Of a stretch of 45,552 nucleotides of DNA, positions 10,814-19,459 are shown piece by piece. Positions within the stretch are counted from its first letter, which is position 1, and the number at the start of each line of letters is the position of its first letter. A program made the translations under genes and the position numbers. The stretch lies in NCBI GenBank assembly GCA_045611525.1, contig JAZKXK010000086.1, forward strand, positions 1 to 45,552, written 5' to 3'. Below the pieces are notes generated by a model. That model saw nothing but the letters and a program-made list of their open reading frames with translations, did not search any database and was not told the DNA's origin. This DNA is from Candidatus Scatosoma sp. (GTDB lineage Bacteria; Bacillota; Clostridia; Christensenellales; Borkfalkiaceae).

Positions 10814-12112
10814 ATGTTGCCTTCGAAATTTATAGAAAATATGAAAAAACAGCTTCCCGAAACCGAGTGGGAGGCGTTTTTTGCCGTGTATACGGAAAAA
10901 CCCTATAAAGGGGTGCGTTTGAACCCGTTGAAAGGGGGTATGGACGGGTTGGAAGCCCGTTTGCCTTTCTTGGGCGAGGGGGTGCCTTGGGAGAAAAACG
11001 GGTTTTACACCGACCTTGAAAAGGTGGGGAGTTCTCCCTATCACGCGGCGGGCTTGTTCTATTCGCAGGAGCCGTCCGCTATGTGCGCCGCCCCGCTTTT
11101 AGAGGTAAAAGCGGGGGAAAGAGTGCTTGACCTTTGCTCCGCGCCCGGCGGAAAGGGTACGCAGCTTGCCTGCGAAATGGGCGGAGAAGGGATAATCGTA
11201 CTCAACGAACCCGTCTTTTCCCGCGCGAAAATCCTTTCGCAAAACGTGGAGCGTATGGGGATAACCAACGCCGTGGTGTTAAGCGAATTACCCGAAAATT
11301 TGTCCGCGCTCTTTGCGGGATATTTTGATAAAATCCTCGTAGACGCGCCCTGTTCTGGCGAGGGTATGTTCCGTAAAAACGCCGACGAGGCGATAGGGGA
11401 ATGGAACGAGGAAAATATCGCGCTTTGCGCCAAGCGTCAAGCCCATATCCTCAGCGAGGCGACGAAAATGCTCAAAGCGGGGGGCAGGCTGGCGTACTCT
11501 ACCTGCACTTTTGCAACCGCCGAGGATGAGGGGCAGGTATGCGAATACTTAAAAAATCACCCCGAAATGCGCCTGATTTGCCAAGAGAAACTCTATCCGC
11601 ATAAGGCAAAGGGCGAGGGGCATTTTGCCGCGCTGTTTGAAAAGAAAACGAAAACGGGGGAGTGGGATACCCGCTTGAAGGAGAAAAAGCTCTTTTGCCC
11701 CCGCGAGGCGGAAAAGACGTACAGGGAGTTTGAAAAAGCCTTTTTCAAGCAAACATACGCCCGCCGTTTGTACGAGGCAGGCGGGATTTTATACGAACTC
11801 CCCGAAGGCGTGTTCGACTGGAAGGGCTTGCAGGTGCTTAGAGCAGGCGTACGGCTTGGAGAAGTGAAAAACGGCAGGTTCGAGCCTTCCCACTCCCTTG
11901 CCTTGGCAATACGCAAGGAGGACTGCGCCAACCCCGTAGACCTAAAAGAAAACGACCCGCGCGTGGAAAAGTACCTGCGCGGAGAGAGTATCGAGGCGGA
12001 TTGCAAAAACGGCTGGTGTCTAATTTGTATAGAGGGATATCCCTTGGGACTTGGCAAGGCGGTAAACGGCACGGTGAAAAACCACTACCCCAAAGCATTA
12101 CGGAAACAATAA
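10814..12112 (+). CDS. RsmB/RsmF-family rRNA (cytosine-C5) methyltransferase
   Basis: SAM motif DLCSAPGGKGTQLA, catalytic motifs DAPCSGEGMFRKN and YSTCTF, and a C-terminal PUA-like extension. Confidence 0.88.
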   Translation: MLPSKFIENMKKQLPETEWEAFFAVYTEKPYKGVRLNPLKGGMDGLEARLPFLGEGVPWEKNGFYTDLEKVGSSPYHAAGLFYSQEPSAMCAAPLLEVKAGERVLDLCSAPGGKGTQLACEMGGEGIIVLNEPVFSRAKILSQNVERMGITNAVVLSELPENLSALFAGYFDKILVDAPCSGEGMFRKNADEAIGEWNEENIALCAKRQAHILSEATKMLKAGGRLAYSTCTFATAEDEGQVCEYLKNHPEMRLICQEKLYPHKAKGEGHFAALFEKKTKTGEWDTRLKEKKLFCPREAEKTYREFEKAFFKQTYARRLYEAGGILYELPEGVFDWKGLQVLRAGVRLGEVKNGRFEPSHSLALAIRKEDCANPVDLKENDPRVEKYLRGESIEADCKNGWCLICIEGYPLGLGKAVNGTVKNHYPKALRKQ

Positions 12113-12142
12113 AAAAAGCACGGTTTTCAAAACCGTGCTTTT
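12113..12142. terminator. Bidirectional terminator between convergent genes
   Basis: AAAAA-GCACGGTT-ttcaa-AACCGTGC-TTTT. Confidence 0.65.
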
Positions 12143-12155
12143 ATCTTATCTAGGG

Positions 12156-15100
12156 TTATTTCTTTTTAGGGGAATAGCCTTTTTTCTTGCGTACAGATTT
12201 TACGATATAACGCACTGCAATGCTTATCACTGCCAAGAGGAGAACGCTCGCAACCGCAATCGAGCTTGCCAAAAGCCATACGTTTGCGCCGTCTTCCGTC
12301 GTTTCTTCGCTGCTGCTGTCTTCCGCGTTATCATCAGGTTTTTCCGCAGGCGTTACCTTTTTATCCGTCAAGGAGTAGTCCGCAAAAATGTTGTAGCTGC
12401 CGTCAGCATCTTGATAGAAGAGGTATGCAACGCCTTCCGTTTCTCCCGTGGAATCGTATTGCTTTTTGTAAAGGTTGCCGATTTCCTCGGTGTCGAGGCT
12501 TGCGTCGTATCTTACGAACTTATTGCTGTCGAAGTAGGAGAATACGCTTTCAAAATAGTCCGCGCCCTCGGCTTCCTTGCCGTCTTCCACCAAATCGAAG
12601 TTTGCCTCGCGGTAGTTGTAGTCGAATGCAACCAAGCCCGCTTCAGGCGTGCCGTTCTTCGTCGCGCTGTTCCAAACCTCTAAGCGGTAGTTTTTCGCCG
12701 TTTCGCCGATGTTGAGATAGAAGGTTACGCTTACCCATTCGCCGTTCGTGGAGATATTTTCCACCTTGAGTTCTTTATTTGCAAGGGCGGTGTAACGCGC
12801 GGTAAGTTTGTTTTCCGTAACGAGGTCTGCAAGGTTCAGCACTTTCACGCCGTTGCCGTTATCTTCGGTGTAATAAGCCCCGTCGTGGAGATAGAACGCC
12901 TCTCTGTTCCAAGTATAGTCGTGATATTCGTGGCTTGCGCCGTTTTCCGCAACGAGAAGGTTACCGTCGCCGTCCTTTTCCGTGTATGCGTTAAGGTTTG
13001 CGAAATAACCGTTCTTTTGTTCTTCAGTGAGTGCGTTGTAGCCGTTCCAGTTCTTGTTTGCTTTGTACAAGCCGTTGGATTGCAGCTTAAACGCAACCTG
13101 CGTACCTTTCTTGCTGGAATCGCCCGTGCAGATATTGCCGTCTTTGTCGTACCAGAAGGTAAGTGTTCTGCCGATAGACAAAGCGTTTTGGTAGCTGCCG
13201 TCGTCCGCGTCGATGAGATATACGGAAGCCTTTGCCCCGCCCATCGTCTTCACGCGAAGGGTGATTGCCTTTTCACCGCCGCTTGCCGTCGTCTTTGTGC
13301 CGATGAAGCCGTAGGACTTCGTCATACCCGTCTTATTCCAAATCATAAGGGGCTGGGTAGCGTCGCCGAATACTGCGTTCCAAACCTTATCCGCCGCCGT
13401 TTCGCTCGTAAGGGATTGAATACCCGTAAGCCATTCTGCGCCCGCGCTTGCGGTAAGAACGTCGGCAAAATGTTCCTTATTTAAAAGGCCTGCGTTTTTG
13501 TACGCGTTGATTTTACGCTTCTCTTCTTGTGCGTCAGGAGTATCGTTGGGGTCGGGAAGGCTTACGCGATAGTTGTCGCTGTAAACGCCCTTGTAGTTCG
13601 CAGGGTCGCCAAGCCCGACTTCCAAAGCGTTATCGGGTACGCCTTTCACGCTGTCAAAGCCTTTATTGCCCGCGCCTTCTTCTTCCGCAACGCCTTCCTT
13701 TAAAGTGATAAGCTGCGCATACGTGCTGCTCTTTACGCTTTCGTATTCCTGCTCGCTCATAGCGTAGCTTTCAAAGCCCGCAAACGCCGCGAAGCCGGCA
13801 ACGAAGGCATCCTTCGAGGTGTTGGCGTCGATATCGGTAGGGCCATAGTTGAATTTCAATTTGAAAGAGCTGCTTGTCAACTCTTCGTCAAGCTCAACGA
13901 AGAAGAAACATTTTTGCCAACCGTCGTAAACGTTTTCAGTATCGCCGATCTTTACGCCTTCGATATCGTAAATATTAAGAGAGGTAAACGCCGTTTCTTC
14001 CAAGCCGTTTACAAGCGTTACGCCTGCGCCCGTACCCGAAGAGAGGTCGGAAGTCTTTACGAAGAAGGAAAGCGCCATATACGCGGGTTTATCCGTCGTG
14101 CCGTCGTCCGTATCCAACGCAAAGCTGAAAGAGGATTCCGCCGTGTACGCCGTACCGTTTGCGGAAAGGAGCATATAAATATTCTGTTCCGTCAAGGTAT
14201 CGAGGAAGTAGTTGCCGTCCTCGTTGGTATCGCCTAAGAAATTGTCGTAGATGACTTCAAGGTAGTTATTGCTTGCCTTTGCCGTTTCGATAGCCTGTCT
14301 GTTATCAAACAGCGCGGTAACGTCGTTGGTATTTGCGTCGGGGTTGACGCCGTTCAAGTTACTGCTAACCGTGCTGGTCGTAGCGGTAGCCGTAACGCCG
14401 TTAAAGATAGTTGCGGTTTGCTGCGTCCAGTCGGTAGGGTCGCCGAAGAAGTTGAGCGCAAATTTCTTTTGGCTGTCCTTGTACGCGTTAATCGTTTTGG
14501 TTGCTTTGTCGTCGTCAAGGTCGGCGATATACGCGGAGTCAAGCCCTTCGATGCCTTCGTCAAAAGCCTCGTTACTAATAAGCTCGCAGCGGATATCGTC
14601 GAAGAAGGCGTAACCGTTTACGTATTCGTATCTGTCCGTACCGCCGCCTTGGCCAAGTCCAAGCACGATAGAGAAGGTGGTGTCGGCATAAGCGGTACTC
14701 TTCAAATAGAAAGTATATTGTGCCCAACCGTTATTTTCCGTAACGTCTGCGGTGTTGATATTTTTAACCTCGTAAGCGTCGAGGGATTTTGCGCCGACCG
14801 AGTGGGTGATTTGGATATACGCGCCCCTATTTACTGCTTTTTGCGTGTCGCCGCCTGTCGTGGAGGTTTGCAAATTCGCCGTCTTTACCCAAACGGAGAC
14901 GCTTGCCGCCGTGCCTGCGGGTACGGTAACGGTAGACGAGCAAGAATACTTTTGCGCAAGACCTATCGTTTTATTCGAAGCCGAGGTGGAGGTAGGGTCG
15001 GGGTTTTCGTTGTGAATCATAAGGATATTCGTATTGTCCTTATTATCCTCGTAGCCTTCCGCGCCTTCAACCCAGTGGGTCTTGGGGTTTGCAACCGTCG

Positions 15101-15644
15101 GGACGTCTCTTTCGATAATATTCAGCTTTTGGTATTTTTCAAAATCGTTAGCGATATCGCCGTCGGGATTTCTTTCTTCCCACGCCTCGTAGAAGACGAG
15201 CTTGTCCTTTGCGGTAAAGTTATCCCACGCCGCAATCGCCGCAGCGTCGTCCATTGCCTTAATCGCATCGTCGGTGTAGGTGTCGTTGTCTGCGATATAG
15301 CTGTCCCATTCCGCCGTGTCTACGATACCGCTTTTCGCCTTGGAAGAGGCGGACGAACCCGAGGATGAGGTGTTAAGCGAGGAAGTCCAGCCCGTAACGG
15401 AAGTGCCGATAACGTTTTTACCGTCGTTTTTATTAAAGGTTTCAAAGTCGCTGTTTTTGATAAGACCCGTGTCCTTGACTTCGTCGTTGTCGTCGGTAGC
15501 CGAGCTGTCCACGGAGGAAGAAACGGAGGACGAGGAATCGTCCGCGTCGGTACAGGACGCGAACGCCGCGCCTGCAGTCGATACCATCATCAGCGATAAG
15601 AGAAGGGCAAGAAGCTTGCTCTTTTTGGTGTTGTTCTTTTTCAT
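12156..15644 (-). CDS. Large secreted lipoprotein with jelly-roll/CBM-like modules and a C-terminal TM anchor
   Basis: True start MKKNNTKKSKLLALLLSLMMVSTAGAAFASC at 15644, with AAAGGTGG RBS. Lipobox Cys followed by an S/D-rich linker. Module endings such as GYAFFDDIRCEL resemble carbohydrate-binding beta-sandwiches. C-terminus WLLASSIAVASVLLLAVISIAV plus RYIVKSVRKKKGYSPKKK. Confidence 0.85.
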   Translation of the reverse strand: MKKNNTKKSKLLALLLSLMMVSTAGAAFASCTDADDSSSSVSSSVDSSATDDNDEVKDTGLIKNSDFETFNKNDGKNVIGTSVTGWTSSLNTSSSGSSASSKAKSGIVDTAEWDSYIADNDTYTDDAIKAMDDAAAIAAWDNFTAKDKLVFYEAWEERNPDGDIANDFEKYQKLNIIERDVPTVANPKTHWVEGAEGYEDNKDNTNILMIHNENPDPTSTSASNKTIGLAQKYSCSSTVTVPAGTAASVSVWVKTANLQTSTTGGDTQKAVNRGAYIQITHSVGAKSLDAYEVKNINTADVTENNGWAQYTFYLKSTAYADTTFSIVLGLGQGGGTDRYEYVNGYAFFDDIRCELISNEAFDEGIEGLDSAYIADLDDDKATKTINAYKDSQKKFALNFFGDPTDWTQQTATIFNGVTATATTSTVSSNLNGVNPDANTNDVTALFDNRQAIETAKASNNYLEVIYDNFLGDTNEDGNYFLDTLTEQNIYMLLSANGTAYTAESSFSFALDTDDGTTDKPAYMALSFFVKTSDLSSGTGAGVTLVNGLEETAFTSLNIYDIEGVKIGDTENVYDGWQKCFFFVELDEELTSSSFKLKFNYGPTDIDANTSKDAFVAGFAAFAGFESYAMSEQEYESVKSSTYAQLITLKEGVAEEEGAGNKGFDSVKGVPDNALEVGLGDPANYKGVYSDNYRVSLPDPNDTPDAQEEKRKINAYKNAGLLNKEHFADVLTASAGAEWLTGIQSLTSETAADKVWNAVFGDATQPLMIWNKTGMTKSYGFIGTKTTASGGEKAITLRVKTMGGAKASVYLIDADDGSYQNALSIGRTLTFWYDKDGNICTGDSSKKGTQVAFKLQSNGLYKANKNWNGYNALTEEQKNGYFANLNAYTEKDGDGNLLVAENGASHEYHDYTWNREAFYLHDGAYYTEDNGNGVKVLNLADLVTENKLTARYTALANKELKVENISTNGEWVSVTFYLNIGETAKNYRLEVWNSATKNGTPEAGLVAFDYNYREANFDLVEDGKEAEGADYFESVFSYFDSNKFVRYDASLDTEEIGNLYKKQYDSTGETEGVAYLFYQDADGSYNIFADYSLTDKKVTPAEKPDDNAEDSSSEETTEDGANVWLLASSIAVASVLLLAVISIAVRYIVKSVRKKKGYSPKKK

Positions 15645-15828
15645 ATAACCACCTTTGGTTTTTATTGCGTTGTTCTGCATTTTCGTGAAAATGGGTAAAC
15701 TCCCACAATTCGCGATTATGCACTCTACTATTTTAATACAAAATCCGTCCAAACGCAAGCGTTTACGAAGTAAAATACAAGAAAAAGTTTGATATTTTGC
15801 AAAAATCTGCGCAATATATATTGTATAT

Positions 15829-16194
15829 ATGGAAAAATTAGTAAAACAAAGGGGAAAAGGAATACTCTGCGGAACGCTTCTCGGCGGGGCGAACAGCCTG
15901 TTCGGGGGCGGGGGCGGTATGATAGCCGTACCCTTGCTCGTCAAAACGGGCTTGGATGAAAAACGGGCACACGCTACGGCGATTTTGCTGATTTTGCCCG
16001 TTTCCCTGCTTTCGTTCGTGTTATACGCGATACGGGGCTTTTACGACCCTCAGGTGCTTATCCCCACGGCGATAGGGGTAACCGCAGGCGGGGTTTTGGG
16101 CGCAAAGCTTTTGGGGAAATTGCCCGTCAAGGCAGTGAATATTACCTTTGCCGTACTGCAGGCAATCGCGGGCTTTTTTTTATTTTTTGGGTGA
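15829..16194 (+). CDS. TSUP (TauE/SafE) family membrane protein, half-size (4-TM)
   Basis: 121 aa with GGGGGMIAVPLLV, the typical first helix of TSUP repeats. Confidence 0.75.
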   Translation: MEKLVKQRGKGILCGTLLGGANSLFGGGGGMIAVPLLVKTGLDEKRAHATAILLILPVSLLSFVLYAIRGFYDPQVLIPTAIGVTAGGVLGAKLLGKLPVKAVNITFAVLQAIAGFFLFFG

Positions 16195-16197
16195 GTT

Positions 16198-16566
16198 ATG
16201 AGCTTTTATCTGTATCTGCTATTGGGCTTTCTCGGCGGGATACCCGCAGGTATGGGTATGGGCGGGGGTACGGTAACGATACCCCTGCTCGTACTCGTTG
16301 CGGGCGTGGAGCAAAAAATCGCGCAATGCGCCAACCTGTTCGCTTTCCTGCCTATGAGCGTTTTTGCACTAAAAACGCACGCGGAGAATAAACTGTTACA
16401 AACGCGCGGAATATTATGGATAATCCTGCCCGCGCTTGCTTTTTCGGCTTTGGGGGCTTGGGCGGCGGCGGTTTTGCCCTCGCAAATACTCAAAAAGGGG
16501 TTCGGGGCGTTTTTGATAGGACTGGCGGTAAACCAAGCGAGAAAAACGATTGACAACCCCTCGTAA
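16198..16566 (+). CDS. TSUP (TauE/SafE) family membrane protein, half-size (4-TM)
   Basis: 122 aa with GMGMGGGTVTIPLLV. Starts 4 nt after the preceding half. Confidence 0.75.
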   Translation: MSFYLYLLLGFLGGIPAGMGMGGGTVTIPLLVLVAGVEQKIAQCANLFAFLPMSVFALKTHAENKLLQTRGILWIILPALAFSALGAWAAAVLPSQILKKGFGAFLIGLAVNQARKTIDNPS

Positions 16567-16587
16567 ATATGCTAAAATACGGCTGTT

Positions 16588-17250
16588 ATGCAAAAATACA
16601 AGTATATTTTATTTGATTTAGACGGCACGCTGATTTATTCCCATCCGGGGATTTACGCTTGCTTTTATCACGCCTTAGAGAAAATCGGCTGGCAGCCGCC
16701 GACTGCGGAGCAGTTAAAGCTTTGTATCGGGCCGAGCCTTATGTATTCCTTCCAAAACTACTACGGCATGGACGAAAAAACGGCGTGGAAAGCCACGCAA
16801 ATCTACCGCGAGGAATACGGCAGAACGGGGGTATTGCAAAACGAACCCATTCCCGGCGCGGTCGAGCTTTTGCGGGATTTGAAAAACGCGGGCTATAAGC
16901 TTGCGATGGCGACCTCTAAGCCCGAAAAATACGCCCGCCAGATTGCGGATAGATTTGGGTTCTCGGCGTATTTTTGCGTACAAACGGGCTGTGGGTTTGA
17001 CGGCAGTTTTCCCACCAAAGCGTCCGTTATCGAGGAAACGATGAAACGGGCAGGGGCAACGGCAAAGGAGTGCCTTATGGTCGGGGACAGAAAGCACGAC
17101 AGCGAGGGCGCAAAGGAGATGGGCGTGGACTGCGCTTTACTTAAAATCGGCTACGCGGAAAGCGCGGACGAATACGAAAAGGCAACCCCTAAGTATATCT
17201 TTGACGGGTTTGACGAATTAAGGGAATTTCTTATAAAAAAGGACGGCTGA
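16588..17250 (+). CDS. HAD-superfamily hydrolase (phosphoglycolate phosphatase-like)
   Basis: Motif I ILFDLDGTL, motif II MATSKP, motif IV MVGDRKHD. The stop codon TGA is the loop of the terminator hairpin. Confidence 0.88.
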   Translation: MQKYKYILFDLDGTLIYSHPGIYACFYHALEKIGWQPPTAEQLKLCIGPSLMYSFQNYYGMDEKTAWKATQIYREEYGRTGVLQNEPIPGAVELLRDLKNAGYKLAMATSKPEKYARQIADRFGFSAYFCVQTGCGFDGSFPTKASVIEETMKRAGATAKECLMVGDRKHDSEGAKEMGVDCALLKIGYAESADEYEKATPKYIFDGFDELREFLIKKDG

Positions 17251-17750
17251 GCCGTCCTTTTTTGTGATATTTTTATTTTGCAAAAGAGCAAAATATGAAA
17301 AATTTTAACATCTTTCAAGAAAAAATATTTTTTGAGATAGCTTATGGAAAAAATTCCCTTTTCTATGGTATAATATATACAATAAATATTTATTTTTCGG
17401 AGGAGAGAAATGAAAAAACTCAAGAAGTACTAGTTTTCAACGTTGGCACTTGTCCTGACGATGGTCGTTGGGGCATATTATGCGCTTAGTTGTTTCTTTT
17501 CGGTAAAGCGTGAAGAAGTAATCGCAAGCGTAAGAACTGTTCAATTAAACGATACTGAAATGGATTATCAAGCAATATTGAACGAATTTGAGGATTCCGA
17601 ATTGACCACGGAAGGCTCGCTCACAACCTTTACGGGTTATCAAACCCTTAATTCTTCGCTTTTTGAGGGAATTGACAACGTAAGCGAAAGCGATGTTGAA
17701 GTTTTAGACGAGTGTAACGTTGGATATAAGTTTACATATGACTACGAAAA
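17155..17750 (+). repeat. Direct repeat copy 1 (about 600 bp; partner at 19460-20055)
   Basis: Colinear at a constant +2305 offset with scattered substitutions and no net indel. Covers the HAD 3' end, terminator, promoter, RBS and the first ~113 codons of the paralog gene. Confidence 0.9.
17235..17263 (+). terminator. Intrinsic terminator of the HAD gene
   Basis: AAAAAAGGACGGC-TGA-GCCGTCCTTTTTT. Confidence 0.75.
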
Positions 17751-18624
17751 TGGCATAGTAACGATTTGTGCGGAAATGAATAATGAGCATGGTGAAATTG
17801 AAATTGATGAGATGTCAGGTATGGCATTTCTAAATGACAATGATGAAATTGATGCGATTTTCATGATGGAAGAAGGCGAGAATATTTTGCTTAGCGATTT
17901 ACGTGATGCGGGCATGATTAATAATGCGGGCTGGCTGTCGCGGGTGTTTGAAGCAGTAGTAGTTGCAACAACGACAGTTGTGGCAACGGTAGCTACAGTT
18001 GTTACTGCAACCGCTGGGGCGGCTGCAACCGTGGCTGTTGCAGTTGCTTCCACAGTTGCGTATAATAAGCAAGAACAAGCACAAGCGGATAAAAATTATG
18101 AAGCTAATAAAAAGCTTGATAATACAGTATCAGGGGTAATTAACGGTCAAAGTAATTATAAAGATTGGAAATTTGGTGCGAAAACCTTTGATTATAATGG
18201 TTGTGGAGTTATAGCTACTTATAATGTAATGACTTTACTGGGACACAAGGTAAAATTGTCTGAAATTGCTTATGAGTTTGAAAGCAAAAAAGGTACTTTT
18301 GTATGGGGCTTGTTTGGTACAGACCCCTCGCACCCTTATGAGTATTTCAAAGAAAAGGGAATAAAAGTTGAGCAATATCTTAGTTATAGCAAATATGAGA
18401 AAGCTTTTAGGAATATGAACACAAATCAATGTGCGATGGTTTGTTTTTGGAATAATAAGAAGAATATAAAAGAGGGTGCCCATTTTGTGGCGGTCAAAAA
18501 AAATGCGAACGATAAATATGAGGTTTTTAATTATGAAAATAATAATCAATACTCAAAAACATTTACAAGTTTATCTGCAATTTTAGCTAACAAAAAGATG
18601 ATAGTTGGACTTATAGTTGGATAA
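17410..18624 (+). pseudogene. Polymorphic membrane protein, paralog A (papain-like Cys/His C-terminal domain), interrupted by an in-frame TAG at codon 8
   Basis: ATG at 17410 with GGAGGAG RBS, reading MKKLKKY then TAG (17431-17433) where paralog B has TGG. The track ORF restarts at TTG 17443, which has no SD. The C-terminus has YNGCGVIATYNVM (Cys codon 18202) and GAHFVAVKK (His codon 18481). Confidence 0.6.
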
Positions 18625-18659
18625 TATCAGATTTAGATGTTTAAGATTGGAGAAAATAT

Positions 18660-19454
18660 ATGCCCAAATTAAAGCAAAGATTGAATCTTTTTTTATTCTT
18701 AATATTTTTTTTAATATTAGTTTTATTCAATGCTTGTACTCCTGCTTGGGTAAATAAGCAACAAGAGTTGAAAAATGTGATTTGGAAAACGGAAGACACA
18801 ACCGAAAATATGCTAACTTTGGAATTTCTTGTTTTGCAGGACAATGCGAACCATTTTGGTTATATTGAGTATAATAACCAGAGATATGAAATTTCACTTG
18901 ACTGGGGAAATAGCAGTTTTGATATTTGTGCAGTGAATTACTATGGTCAGCGTCAACCGGAAACAACGGTAGTAGGTGGTGGGTATAACATTTTAGATGA
19001 TACCCAAGTCGAGCTTGAAATTCTTTACGACTATTTATTTAACGGAGCACTTGTTGATAAACGCATTACAGTAAAAGCAACTGCCGTTGACCCGAAAAAC
19101 TATGGTGCATTTGATAGGCATGAGCTGCGCTGGCAAAACGAAAGCGTAGGATTGGAGTTTTTCGTTTATCAATGTTATAGGCGATTTGGCGTAGGCACGT
19201 GCAATATTGCAGAAGAAGAAAGAGCTATCGTATTCTATTGGCGGGAAAATAACCGTTTTGAAATATTCGAGTTGATAGGCGGGGTGCAGAGTGAAACTTG
19301 TTTGTTGTCGGGTACTTACACGGATGATACCGAAAACAGCGTAACTTTGCAATTCGAAGCCAACGAAATATTTGATGGGTTGTCGTCCCTTTCTTTGGAA
19401 ATAGGAGATTCTTGGATAGACGATCCGGATGAATATTGGTATCCTGCCGAATAA
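18660..19454 (+). CDS. Lipoprotein of unknown function (candidate cognate partner/immunity of paralog A)
   Basis: 264 aa with signal and lipobox LILVLFNAC. GGAG RBS at ~18650. Two internally similar halves. AT-rich. Confidence 0.7.
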   Translation: MPKLKQRLNLFLFLIFFLILVLFNACTPAWVNKQQELKNVIWKTEDTTENMLTLEFLVLQDNANHFGYIEYNNQRYEISLDWGNSSFDICAVNYYGQRQPETTVVGGGYNILDDTQVELEILYDYLFNGALVDKRITVKATAVDPKNYGAFDRHELRWQNESVGLEFFVYQCYRRFGVGTCNIAEEERAIVFYWRENNRFEIFELIGGVQSETCLLSGTYTDDTENSVTLQFEANEIFDGLSSLSLEIGDSWIDDPDEYWYPAE

Positions 19455-19459
19455 AAGGT

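Noticed and set aside
12135-15368. Several long + strand ORFs (182, 149, 199, 316 aa and others) opposite the large lipoprotein gene
   Set aside because: These are antisense shadow ORFs with Arg/Cys/Val-rich composition and no RBS. The minus-strand gene has coherent signal peptide, domain and anchor structure.
15645-15944. 100-codon N-terminal extension of the large lipoprotein ORF (track start 15944), overlapping the TSUP gene
   Set aside because: The internal ATG at 15644 has a good RBS and starts a canonical lipoprotein signal peptide. The extension is proline-rich and low-complexity and overlaps the promoter and start of the divergent gene.
17443-18624. Track ORF start at TTG 17443 for paralog A
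   Set aside because: There is no SD before 17443. The intact paralog shows the real start is the ATG at 17410, and the TAG at 17431 interrupts it. It is kept as a possible reinitiation site only.
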